A stretch of 64,000 nt of DNA from Dehalococcoidia bacterium. Lineage in GTDB: Bacteria > Chloroflexota > Dehalococcoidia > SM23-28-2 > HRBIN24. The notes beneath the pieces were generated by a model that had not been told where the DNA came from, did no database searches, and saw nothing but the letters and a program-made list of their open reading frames with translations. The DNA lies in assembly GCA_035574155.1 (NCBI GenBank), contig DATLZD010000021.1, positions 72,608 to 136,607 of the forward strand, given 5' to 3'. The translations under genes were made by a program, and so were the position numbers. Positions 20,401 to 29,485 of this stretch are shown here, piece by piece. Every line of letters begins with the position of its first letter. Positions within the stretch are counted from its first letter, which is position 1.

Positions 20401-20874
20401 ATGCCCGGCTACGGCCTGGAGAAAGTAACGGCCAGGCCCCTGCCCTGGGACTGGGCCGAAGAGCGTCTTCGGGCCAGCCATAACTACTTCGTCAGCACTG
20501 TATCGCCCGACGGACGGCCCCACTGCGTCCCGGTCTGGGGCGTGTGGACAGGCGGCATGTTCTTCTTCAGCAGCGGGCCGCGGTCGCGCAAGGCCCGAAA
20601 CCTGGCCAGCTCGCCCCGCTGTGTCGTCTGCACCGAGGGCGGGAGAGAGGCAGTCATCGTCCAGGGGGAGGCAGAAGAGGTGAGGGATGAGGCCACCTTC
20701 AGCCACTTCGCCGATGCTTACGAGGCCAAATACAACTACCGGCCCCAGCAGGGGGCTGACCTGGTCTTCGCCGTGAGGCCTGAGGTGGCCTTCGGGTTCG
20801 TCGAGAGCGAGGATTTCCCGGCTACGGCCACCCGCTGGCGTTTCGGCGCCCCGCGGGGCACAGGACGCACATGA
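20401..20874 (+). CDS. PPOX-class pyridoxamine 5'-phosphate oxidase family protein
   Basis: 157 aa from MPGYGLEK...; split-barrel PPOX/general stress protein 26-like pattern. Confidence 0.6.
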   Translation: MPGYGLEKVTARPLPWDWAEERLRASHNYFVSTVSPDGRPHCVPVWGVWTGGMFFFSSGPRSRKARNLASSPRCVVCTEGGREAVIVQGEAEEVRDEATFSHFADAYEAKYNYRPQQGADLVFAVRPEVAFGFVESEDFPATATRWRFGAPRGTGRT

Positions 20875-20887
20875 AGGGGTGGATAGC

Positions 20888-22969
20888 ATGACTTGGCTCT
20901 ATCGCTACTCCGAGTGGGACGGCACGCAAGAGATACCGCCCCTGGACCCGGACGAGATCCTCTCGGCCATCACCGATGACCTCATGAACTTTGGCGACCT
21001 GCAGCACGCCCTGCGCAACCTGCTGCAACGGGGCCTGCGGGGGCCCATGGGCCAGCGCATGCAGGGCCTGCGCGACCTCCTCCAGCGGCTGCGCCAGAAC
21101 CGCCGCCAGATGCTGGACCGCTACAACCTTAGCTCCCTGTTCGAGGACCTGGAGAGGCGGGTGCAAGAGGTCCTGGACCTGGAGCAGGAGACGCTGAGGC
21201 GTCGCCTGGAGGAGGCCGAGCGCCAGCTTCAGGGCCAGCCGGGTTCGCTGCAGCCCTTCCAGGAGGCGCTGGGCCAGAGCGGTCAGCAGGAGAGCCAGGG
21301 GGACGACGCCCGCAACATGGCCCAGATGCTAAAGAACATCGCCCAGCGCAAGCAGGACTACCTCAGGAACCTGCCCCAGGACCTGGGCGGCCGCATCAAG
21401 GGCCTACAGGAATACGAGTTCATGGACCCCGAAGCGGCGGCCAAGTTCCAGGAGCTCATGGAGATGCTGCGCCAGGCCATGCTGGACGCCTTCTTCAAGG
21501 ACCTCTACAACCAGCTGGCCGGCCTCACCCCGGACCAGCTCCAGCGCCTTAAGGAGATGGTCCGCGACCTGAACCGCCTGCTGTCGGAAAAGATGGCCGG
21601 CGGCCAGCCTGACTACCAGTCCTTCCTGGACAAGTATGGAGACCTGCTGGGCCCCAACCCTCCCCAGTCCCTGGACGAGCTGGTCCAGCGCATGCAGCAG
21701 CAGATGGCCGCCATGCAGAGCCTCCTGGACAGCCTGCCGCCGGAGATGCGGCGCCAGCTCCAGGACCTGCTCATGGACAAGGTGGGCGACCCGGAGCTGA
21801 TGCGGGAGCTGCAGGAGCTGGCCATCAACCTGGACATCCTGGCCCCGCTGCGCGACCTGGAGAACCAGTACCCCTTCCGCGGCGACGAGACCCTGGACCT
21901 GCTCCAGGCCATGCGCCTCATGGAACACATGCAGGGGCTGGACGAGCTGGAGCGCCAGCTAGAGCGCGTCCAGTACGGCGGCTCCCTGGACGACATCGAC
22001 GAGGAGCGGCTCCGGGAGCTGCTGGGCGAAGAGGCCTACCAGACCTTCCGCCAGCTGAAGGAGCTGCTGGAGGTCCTGGAGCGGGCCGGCTACATCCGCC
22101 GTCGGGGCCAGGAATGGGAGCTGACGCCCAAGGCCATCCGCCGCATAGGCCAGAAGGCCCTGGGCGAGATCTACGCCCAGATCAAGAAGTCGTCCTACGG
22201 CAAACACGCCAGCCGGGAGCGGGGGCCCGGCACCGAGCGCACCGAGGACACCAAGCGCTACGAGTTCGGTGACCCCTTCCACCTGCACCTGGGCCAGACG
22301 GTCTTAAACGCCGTGCTGAGGGAAGGCCCCCAGGTCCCCGTGCGCCTGGGCAAGGACGACTTCGAGGTCTACTCCACCGAGCACCTGACCACTACCGCCA
22401 CCGTCATGATGCTGGACCTGTCCTGGTCCATGGCCCTGCGCGGCTCGTTCCAGGCAGCCAAAAGGGTGGCCCTGGCCCTCTACAACCTCATCAAGACCCA
22501 GTTCCCCAAGGACGTGCTCTACATCCTGGGCTTCTCGGCCTACGCCCGCGAGCTGAAGCCCGAGGAGCTGCCCTATGTCCGCTGGGACGAGTCGGTGCTG
22601 GGGACCAACATGCACCATGCCCTCATCCTGGCCCAGCAGCTCCTCTCCCGCCATCGGGCCGGCACCCGCCAGATCATAATGATCTCCGACGGCGAACCCA
22701 CGGCCCACCTAGAGCACGGCCGTTCCTACTTCTCCTACCCGCCCAGCCCCATCACCATCCGCAAGACGCTGCAAGAGGTGAAGCGCTGCACCCAGAAGGG
22801 CATCGTCATCAACACCTTCATGCTGGACCGCAACTACTACCTGAAGGAGTTCGTGAACCAGATCGCCAAGATGAACAAGGGGCGGGTTTTCTACACCACC
22901 CCGGACAAGCTGGGCCAGTACATCCTGGTGGACTACGTGGCCCAGAAGCGCAAGCGGGTCATGGGCTGA
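20888..22969 (+). CDS. von Willebrand factor A (vWA) domain protein with a long coiled-coil-like N-terminal region
   Basis: C-terminal vWA domain with the MIDAS motif DLSWS...; N-terminal ~450 aa is Q/L/E/R-rich and helical; GTG 20879 is an alternative start. Confidence 0.75.
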   Translation: MTWLYRYSEWDGTQEIPPLDPDEILSAITDDLMNFGDLQHALRNLLQRGLRGPMGQRMQGLRDLLQRLRQNRRQMLDRYNLSSLFEDLERRVQEVLDLEQETLRRRLEEAERQLQGQPGSLQPFQEALGQSGQQESQGDDARNMAQMLKNIAQRKQDYLRNLPQDLGGRIKGLQEYEFMDPEAAAKFQELMEMLRQAMLDAFFKDLYNQLAGLTPDQLQRLKEMVRDLNRLLSEKMAGGQPDYQSFLDKYGDLLGPNPPQSLDELVQRMQQQMAAMQSLLDSLPPEMRRQLQDLLMDKVGDPELMRELQELAINLDILAPLRDLENQYPFRGDETLDLLQAMRLMEHMQGLDELERQLERVQYGGSLDDIDEERLRELLGEEAYQTFRQLKELLEVLERAGYIRRRGQEWELTPKAIRRIGQKALGEIYAQIKKSSYGKHASRERGPGTERTEDTKRYEFGDPFHLHLGQTVLNAVLREGPQVPVRLGKDDFEVYSTEHLTTTATVMMLDLSWSMALRGSFQAAKRVALALYNLIKTQFPKDVLYILGFSAYARELKPEELPYVRWDESVLGTNMHHALILAQQLLSRHRAGTRQIIMISDGEPTAHLEHGRSYFSYPPSPITIRKTLQEVKRCTQKGIVINTFMLDRNYYLKEFVNQIAKMNKGRVFYTTPDKLGQYILVDYVAQKRKRVMG

Positions 22970-22991
22970 CGACTTGCGGTCCCGGCAATAG

Positions 22992-23342
22992 ATGCGTGTG
23001 CTCACAGCGTCAGCAGGACGCCGCTGGCGCTGGCTCCAGGCCGGTGCCCTGGCGGTCCTTTTCTTCGGCCTGTTGCCCCAGTTCGTCTACCTGGGCCACT
23101 GGGGCCCTGGCCATGAGGAGATAAACTCCCCCCAGGAGGCAGCTGAGCATGCCCGCCACTGCCACCTGGGGCCCTCCACCTGCGCCGACAGCGGCGGCAA
23201 GGTGGCCGTGGCCCCGCCTGTCGCCCCAGTCCTCATCCTGGCCGCCTGCACCCTCTTCCTCCTGCTGACCACAGGGACGACGCCGACACCTCAGCTCCTC
23301 CCTCAGCGGCCCCTGCAACCCCCTCGCGCCGCCCGAGCGTAG
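22992..23342 (+). CDS. Small two-TM membrane protein with a His/Cys-rich loop (HWGPGHEE...HARHCHLGPSTC)
   Basis: Two hydrophobic helices flank a metal-ligand-rich loop; no SD, start uncertain. Confidence 0.35.
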   Translation: MRVLTASAGRRWRWLQAGALAVLFFGLLPQFVYLGHWGPGHEEINSPQEAAEHARHCHLGPSTCADSGGKVAVAPPVAPVLILAACTLFLLLTTGTTPTPQLLPQRPLQPPRAARA

Positions 23343-23390
23343 ACTTTCTGGACCATATACCCACGCCGACGCGAGGGAGGTAAGTGCGCC

Positions 23391-24011
23391 GTGTGGCGAC
23401 TATCGTTGCTGTCCCTGTTGGCCCTTGGACTCGCCCTCGTGGCGCTGGCCCCCGGAGCGGCCTTGGCCCACGAGCGGCGGACGGTGGGCGCCTACACCTT
23501 CATCGTGGGCTTCATGAACGAGCCGGCCATCGCCTACTACCCCAACGCCCTGGACTTGCGGGTCCAGGACGCCTCCGGCCAGCCGGTGACGGGGCTGGAG
23601 CAGACGCTCCGGGCCGAGGTCATCGTGGGCGGAGGCGCCCAGCGCCGAGCGCTTGAGCTGGAGCCGGCCTTCAACCAGCCGGGCCGCTACTTCGGCTATT
23701 TCATCCCCACGCTGCCGGGCGACTACACCTTCCGCATCTACGGGCAGGTGGGAGGGCAGACGGTGGACGAGAGCTTCACCTCCGGCCCGGGACGGTTCGA
23801 CCCGGCTGCGGATCCGGCCGAGCTGCAGTTCCCGCGCCAGATGCCGACCACCATCGACCTGCAGCAGTCCCTGGCCCAACGAGAGGGGGGCTCCGGCAAC
23901 GATGGCCTGGTGGCCCTGGCGCTGGGCATCGGCGCCGCCGCCCTGGCGGTGGCCTCCATCGACGCCGGCCTGCGCATCTGGGGAGCTGTGGCTGCCCGCC
24001 GCGAGAGGTAG
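23391..24011 (+). CDS. Secreted, C-terminally anchored protein, YcnI-like (putative copper-binding; mature N-terminus begins with His)
   Basis: Signal peptide ...APGAALA|HERRTV; His as first mature residue, FMNE motif and C-terminal TM helix as in DUF1775/YcnI proteins. Confidence 0.45.
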   Translation: MWRLSLLSLLALGLALVALAPGAALAHERRTVGAYTFIVGFMNEPAIAYYPNALDLRVQDASGQPVTGLEQTLRAEVIVGGGAQRRALELEPAFNQPGRYFGYFIPTLPGDYTFRIYGQVGGQTVDESFTSGPGRFDPAADPAELQFPRQMPTTIDLQQSLAQREGGSGNDGLVALALGIGAAALAVASIDAGLRIWGAVAARRER

Positions 24012-25775
24012 GTGGGACAGGTGAGGACGAAGGCGGCCCGAGCATTCTTATGCCTGTTGGCCCTGGTGGTGGCCTGGGCCCTGGGTGGGATGCCCAGGGC
24101 CCACGCCCACGCTAACCTGGTGCGCTCCGACCCGCCCATGAACGGCTCCGTCTCCCAGGCACCCTCGGAGGTCCTGCTCTGGTTCAGCGAGCCCGTGGAC
24201 GCCCGTTTCAGCCGCATCCAGGTGGTGGACTCGTCCGGCCAGCGCTGGGACAACGACGACGCCCACCTGCACTTCGACGACACCAACCTGGGCGTGACCC
24301 TCAAAGGGGGGATGCCCGAGGGCACCTATACGGTGGTCTGGAGTGCCCTTTCGGCCGTGGACGGGCACCGCACCGTCGGCAGCTTCGCCTTCACCGTGGG
24401 GCGCGTCGCCACGCTCCCTGCTCCGGCCGCGGTGGTGGCCGAGAGTGCAGGCCCATCGGGGCCGCCCAAGGCCGTGCGCACCCTCGCCACGTGGCTGGAG
24501 CTGGCTACCGTCATCGGGCTGGTGGGGGCAGTGTCCTTCTACCTGCTGGTGGCCCGACGGGCCACCGCTGTGTTGGAAGGCGGCCGCGAGCTGGCAGAGG
24601 TGAGGGCTGCGGCCCTGGCACGGCGCTGGACCGTCGCGCTGGCCGTGGCCTGCCTCCTGGCATCGGGCCTGGTCATATGGATGAGGGCCTGGGAGGCCGC
24701 GGGGAGCGCGGCTGCCTGGAAGGCAGCGGGCCAGCTCCTGACGGACTCGTCGTTCGGCCGCGCCCTCATCGTGCGGGCAGCCCTCCTTGCGACGGCGGGC
24801 TACCTGGGGTCGCTCCTGTTCCGCCCCGGCCTACAGCACGGGGCCTATCACTGGATGCTGCTGGGGGTGGCAGCGGCGGTGCCAGCCACCGTTAGCCTGA
24901 GCGGGCACGCCAACGCCCAGGACCCGGCCGCCCTGCGAGTGGCCCTCGACTGGGCGCACCTGACGGCGGCAGGCATCTGGGTGGGGGGCCTAGTCCAGAT
25001 GGCCCTCTTCCTCGCCCTGGTGCCCGCACACGGTGGCACCAGGCCCGCACTGCTGGCGGCCCTGGTGCCCCGTTTCTCGCTGCTGGCGCTGGCCTCGGTG
25101 GGGGTCATCGCCGTCACGGGGCTGACCCAGGCGTTGCTGACCATGGGAAGCCCAGGCCAACTGGCCAGCTCTGCCTATGGCCGCGCCCTGGTAGCCAAGA
25201 GCGCCCTCTTCCTGCCCTTGTTGGCCCTGGGGGCCTTCAACCTGCTGCTGGTGCGGCCCCGGTTGGAGTCGCTGGCCCGGACGGCCCGCTCCGCCCTTCA
25301 GGCCCTCCGGCCGTGGGAGTGGAGGCTGCGGCGGGCCGTGCTGGGCGAGGTGTGCCTGGCTGTGGCGGTGGTGGGCATTACCGCCTTTCTGGTCAACACG
25401 GCGCCCCCTGCCAGCCCAACAGCCTCGGCGGGCCAGCAGGAGCCAGTGGGCGTCGTCAACAAGGCCCGCGCCGACGACCTGTCGCTGACCCTCCTCGTCA
25501 ACCCCGGCCGCGCCGGCCCCAACTGGGTCCAGCTATACATCACGGACACCAACGGCGACCCCCGGCCCGTCCAGCTGGTCCTGGTCCGCTGGCGCTACCT
25601 GGAACAGGACCTGGGGACGGTGGAGGAGCAGATGGAGCCGCTGCATCCGCCAGAGCACTACATTCTGGAAACCCAGCAGCTCAGCCTGCCCGGTCGCTAC
25701 CAGGTGCAGGTCATCGTGCGGCGAGAGGGGCTGCTGGACAGCCGGGCCACCTTCCAGGTGGACATCGCACAGTAG
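24012..25775 (+). CDS. Copper resistance/uptake protein CopC-CopD fusion (YcnJ-like)
   Basis: Signal peptide then H-ANLVRSDP (CopC His1), CopC cupredoxin-like domain, and a C-terminal CopD multi-TM domain. Confidence 0.8.
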   Translation: MGQVRTKAARAFLCLLALVVAWALGGMPRAHAHANLVRSDPPMNGSVSQAPSEVLLWFSEPVDARFSRIQVVDSSGQRWDNDDAHLHFDDTNLGVTLKGGMPEGTYTVVWSALSAVDGHRTVGSFAFTVGRVATLPAPAAVVAESAGPSGPPKAVRTLATWLELATVIGLVGAVSFYLLVARRATAVLEGGRELAEVRAAALARRWTVALAVACLLASGLVIWMRAWEAAGSAAAWKAAGQLLTDSSFGRALIVRAALLATAGYLGSLLFRPGLQHGAYHWMLLGVAAAVPATVSLSGHANAQDPAALRVALDWAHLTAAGIWVGGLVQMALFLALVPAHGGTRPALLAALVPRFSLLALASVGVIAVTGLTQALLTMGSPGQLASSAYGRALVAKSALFLPLLALGAFNLLLVRPRLESLARTARSALQALRPWEWRLRRAVLGEVCLAVAVVGITAFLVNTAPPASPTASAGQQEPVGVVNKARADDLSLTLLVNPGRAGPNWVQLYITDTNGDPRPVQLVLVRWRYLEQDLGTVEEQMEPLHPPEHYILETQQLSLPGRYQVQVIVRREGLLDSRATFQVDIAQ

Positions 25776-25789
25776 GAGGGGGAACCGAT

Positions 25790-25930
25790 TTGGAGTGGGG
25801 AACGGCCTTTCTGCACGCCATCGGCCACGAGTCCACCTTCGGCGTGGTATTCCTGGCAGCGGTGGTGGGCGGCCTGGCCTTGCTGGCCTTCATGGCCTCC
25901 CGCGCCGAGAGAGGGAAGCGGGGCAAATAG
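25790..25930 (+). CDS. Unannotated 46-aa single-TM peptide downstream of copCD
   Basis: TTG start 7 nt after AGGAGGGGG, 14 nt after the copCD stop; sequence MEWGTAFLHAIGHESTFGVVFLAAVVGGLALLAFMASRAERGKRGK. Confidence 0.3.
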   Translation: MEWGTAFLHAIGHESTFGVVFLAAVVGGLALLAFMASRAERGKRGK

Positions 25931-25940
25931 CGGCCCGCGG

Positions 25941-26822
25941 CTACGGTGCCCGGCCCGCCGGGCCATCGGCCTCCTCGTCCAGAAGGAAGGACCGCACCAC
26001 CCGGGCGAACTCCTCGGGTCGCAGCCGTGGCAGGGCATGCCCTGTCCCGGCGAAGACGTGGAGGCGGCCGTTAGGCAGGGAGGAGACCATGCGGGCGGCT
26101 ATCTCCTCGTCCAGGATGGGGCTCTCCTCGCCCCGCAGCACCAAGGTGGGACAGCGGATGCGGGTCAGGGCGTCCCAGAGGAAGTCTATCTCCACGATGG
26201 CCGCCTTGGTGGTTATATCGGCCAGGCGACGGTCGTAACGGAAGGTGTAGGAGCCATCCTCCCCCTGCGCGAAGGCGTTCTGCAGGTAACGCTCCAGCGA
26301 AGGGGCATCCAGGGTGGGCCATTGCTGGCGGAGGAAGGCCAGGGCGTCGTCGCGGCTGAAGGTCGAGGGCGGGCGGGCGGCGCTGCTGGTCATGTCCTCC
26401 TTGAGGCCCACCGCCCCGCGACGGGCCATCTGCGGCCCCATGTCCACCAGCACCAAGTGGGCTAGGCGCGGCCAGTTCTCGCGAGCATAGGCCATGGCGC
26501 AGCGGGAGCCCAGGGACAGGCCCACCAGGTCGAACCGCTCCAGGCCCAGCTCCCGCACGAAGGCGGCCAGGTCGGCGGCAAAGGCCCACACCAGGTAGCC
26601 ACCCGGGGCATGCTCGCTCTCGCCGTGGCCCCTCTGGTCGTAGGCGAAGACGTGGAACTCGTCCAGGACACGGTTGGCGAAGTCCTGCCAGTAGTAGGCG
26701 CTGTCGCGTAGCCCGTGCAACAGCACCAGGGGCCGCTCGCCCTTGCCCCTCCACTCGAAGTAGTGAATGCGGAGGCCGTTCAGCTTCAGCTCGCCCTCCC
26801 TGGGCTGGACCAGGACACTCAC
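25941..26822 (-). CDS. Alpha/beta hydrolase fold protein
   Basis: HGLRDS and GLSLGS nucleophile-elbow motifs; GTG start overlaps the upstream stop (GTGA). Confidence 0.75.
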   Translation of the reverse strand: MSVLVQPREGELKLNGLRIHYFEWRGKGERPLVLLHGLRDSAYYWQDFANRVLDEFHVFAYDQRGHGESEHAPGGYLVWAFAADLAAFVRELGLERFDLVGLSLGSRCAMAYARENWPRLAHLVLVDMGPQMARRGAVGLKEDMTSSAARPPSTFSRDDALAFLRQQWPTLDAPSLERYLQNAFAQGEDGSYTFRYDRRLADITTKAAIVEIDFLWDALTRIRCPTLVLRGEESPILDEEIAARMVSSLPNGRLHVFAGTGHALPRLRPEEFARVVRSFLLDEEADGPAGRAP

Positions 26823-27265
26823 TTGGCAACGCCCTCCCCGTGGTCGTGGCCCATCTCGGTGTAGAACTGGAAGAGCACTCCCCCCGAGTCCCGGGGGTGG
26901 ATGAAGGTCTCTCCCCAACCGTGACGGCGTCGGACGCCGCCCCAGGGCTCGATGCCGAAGGCGCGGATGGCCTCGGCGGCCCGTTCGGCATCCTCGACGA
27001 TGAAGGTGACGTGGTGCAGGCCAGGGCCCCGCTCCCGCAGGAAGCGGACCAGAAAGGAGTCCTCGCCAGTAGGCTCCAGCACTTCGAACTCGGTGTTGCT
27101 GCCGGGCACCCGCAGGGCGACGCCAGCGTAGCCCTGGTCCTCGTCGCGGAAGCGGGCCACGACCTCCATGCCCAGTAGCTGGGTCAGGAGGGGTAGGACA
27201 TCGTCTATCTTCCAGACCGCCCAGCTGACGTGGTCGAAGCGCTTGATGCCCATGGGGTTGGCCAT
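26819..27265 (-). CDS. VOC-family (glyoxalase/methylmalonyl-CoA epimerase-like) protein
   Basis: 148 aa with a paired βαβββ VOC pattern (FDHVSWAV...; HHVTFIVED); start at the ATG preceded by GGAGGGA. Confidence 0.7.
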   Translation of the reverse strand: MANPMGIKRFDHVSWAVWKIDDVLPLLTQLLGMEVVARFRDEDQGYAGVALRVPGSNTEFEVLEPTGEDSFLVRFLRERGPGLHHVTFIVEDAERAAEAIRAFGIEPWGGVRRRHGWGETFIHPRDSGGVLFQFYTEMGHDHGEGVAK

Positions 27266-27364
27266 GCTGCGTCCCTCCTGCATCGCTCCCACACTAGGGA
27301 ATGATAAGGGCCTAGCCCCTCGAAGGCCATCTGCGGCCGTGGCCGCCGCCCCACCGTTCGCCAT

Positions 27365-28327
27365 ATGATAGTCGTGGGCAGCATGCGGACCGGCGACGGC
27401 CATCCCCTTGCCCTAGTGATCGTCAACCCGGTAGCCCGCAATCTGCCGTCGCGACGGGAGCTGGCGCGAGTAGACGCCCTCCTGGCGGAGGCGGGCTGGA
27501 AGGCCCACTGGCGGGAGACGTCAGCTCCCGGCCACGCTACTGAGCTGGCTGCCCGGGCCGCCGCAGAGGGCTTCCCCCTGGTGCTGGTCTGCGGCGGGGA
27601 CGGCACCCTGCGGGAGGCGGCCTCCGGCCTGGCAGGGACCGGGACGGCCCTGGCACCCATCCCCGCCGGCACCGTGAACATATGGGCACGGGAGACGGGC
27701 ATCCCCCGTCGGCCGGAGGCGGCGGTGAGGACGGTGCTGCTGGGCGAGCGGCGGCGGGTCGATCTGGGCCGCGCCGACGGCCACCGCTTCCTGCTCATGG
27801 CAGGGGTAGGGCTGGACGGTCGCATCGCGGCCCGCGTGGGGCCAAGGGCCAAGCGTCATCTGGGGGCCGCCGCCTACGCCCTCACCGCCGTACTGGAGTC
27901 CCTGCGCTGGCGCCCCCTGTCGATGCGGGTCCGGGCCGACGGCCAGGTCCTGTCCGAGGACGCCCTGATGCTGGTGGCGGGCAACACCCGCAACTACGCT
28001 GGCCTGGTCCAAGTGACGCCTCTGGCCCGGGCCGACGACGGCCTGCTCGACGTGTGCCTCTTCCGTGGCGATGGCCTGCGGGATATCGTCCTGCACGCCC
28101 TGCTGGTGGCCCTGGGCCGTCACCTGCGCTCCTCGAAGGTGGTCTACCGGCAGGTGCGGCGTCTCGAGATCGACAGCGCAGCCCCCGTGCCCGTCCAGTT
28201 GGACGGCGACCCTTTCGCCTTGGCGGACACTATCATCGAAGCGGAGCCGTCGTCCCTTTGGGCCGTAGTCCGCCGCGGCCTCAAGAGTCCCCTGTTCGGG
28301 TCGTCGCCGCGTCAAGGGCAGGGGTGA
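27365..28327 (+). CDS. Diacylglycerol/lipid kinase catalytic-domain protein (YegS/DagK family)
   Basis: Motif LVLVCGGDGTLRE (DAGK_cat GGDG). Confidence 0.7.
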   Translation: MIVVGSMRTGDGHPLALVIVNPVARNLPSRRELARVDALLAEAGWKAHWRETSAPGHATELAARAAAEGFPLVLVCGGDGTLREAASGLAGTGTALAPIPAGTVNIWARETGIPRRPEAAVRTVLLGERRRVDLGRADGHRFLLMAGVGLDGRIAARVGPRAKRHLGAAAYALTAVLESLRWRPLSMRVRADGQVLSEDALMLVAGNTRNYAGLVQVTPLARADDGLLDVCLFRGDGLRDIVLHALLVALGRHLRSSKVVYRQVRRLEIDSAAPVPVQLDGDPFALADTIIEAEPSSLWAVVRRGLKSPLFGSSPRQGQG

Positions 28328-29471
28328 CCTGGCCGCCCGCTACCAGGTAGAGACGGGCGCGGGCCAGGAACTCGGGGGGGAAGGCGTCCATCTCGGCCGC
28401 CGTCACCAGGACCTGCTCGTAGCCAGCGATGGCCGCCACCACCCGGCGCCTGCGGCCCGCGTCCATCTCCGAGAGGACATCGTCCAGCAGCAGCACAGGC
28501 GCCTCGCCCCGACGCTGCCGCAGGAGGGCCGCCTCGGCCAGGCGGAGGGCCAAGGCGATGGTCCGCTGCTGGGCACGGGAGGCATAGCCGGCCGCGGGCA
28601 GGCCTCCCAGGACGAATTCCAGGTCGTCGCGGTGGGGGCCGATGGTGGTGGCCCCGGCAGCTATGTCCTGGGCCAGGTGCCGCCTCAGGTCGGCCAGAAT
28701 GGCGGAGGCCAGGGCCTCGGGCGACTGGCCCAGGGCCTCCATTCCTTGGACACCGAGGCGTGGCCGGTAAACGATCCCCAGGTGATCGCCGCCGGCCAGG
28801 TCCACATGGGCGGAGGCGGCCAGCTCCGCCAGCTCCGCCACGGCCTGCGCCCGCGCCCAGACCATGGTGGCAGCATCCTGCGCCAGGACCTCGTCCCAGA
28901 AGTCCAGCTCGTCCCTGCGGGCCGCGCCCTCCCGGATACGGCGCAGCAGGTGGTTGCGCTGGAGCAGGACCTTCTCGAGGCGCTGGCGGGCCAGCAGGTA
29001 GCCCCGGTCCACCTGGCCCAGCACGGTGTCCAGGTAGCGACGGCGCAGGGCCGGCGGCCCCTCCAGCAGCTCCAGGTCCTGGACAGTGAACAGCACGGCC
29101 AGGAAGAGGCCCACAGCCTCATGCAGGCGTCGGGGCACCCCATTCACCCGCGCCGCCTTGGTAGCCTGGCTGCCCGTAGGGGACTCCCGCAGGGAGACCA
29201 CCACCTCCAGGCGCAGGGGGCCGGCGGCCCCGCGCACCTCGGCAGCGATGCGGGCGGCAGGGAGCCCCTCCGCCTGGGCCTCACGATTCACAAGCTGGGC
29301 ATCGCTCTCCGCCCGGAAGGCCCTCAGGGTGGAAAGGAGGTAGACGGCCTCCAGCAGGTTGGTCTTGCCCTGGGCATTGTCGCCCAGCAGGAGGTGGCCG
29401 CCGGGGCCGAAGGAGAGGTCGAGACGACGGAAGTTGCGGAAATTGACCAGTTGCAGGCGCTCTAGCTTCAC
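28281..29471 (-). CDS. recF: DNA replication and repair protein RecF
   Basis: N-terminal Walker A GDNAQGKTNLLEA and SMC-like RecF architecture. Confidence 0.85.
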   Translation of the reverse strand: MKLERLQLVNFRNFRRLDLSFGPGGHLLLGDNAQGKTNLLEAVYLLSTLRAFRAESDAQLVNREAQAEGLPAARIAAEVRGAAGPLRLEVVVSLRESPTGSQATKAARVNGVPRRLHEAVGLFLAVLFTVQDLELLEGPPALRRRYLDTVLGQVDRGYLLARQRLEKVLLQRNHLLRRIREGAARRDELDFWDEVLAQDAATMVWARAQAVAELAELAASAHVDLAGGDHLGIVYRPRLGVQGMEALGQSPEALASAILADLRRHLAQDIAAGATTIGPHRDDLEFVLGGLPAAGYASRAQQRTIALALRLAEAALLRQRRGEAPVLLLDDVLSEMDAGRRRRVVAAIAGYEQVLVTAAEMDAFPPEFLARARLYLVAGGQVTPALDAATTRTGDS

Positions 29472-29485
29472 AGACCGATTATAGC

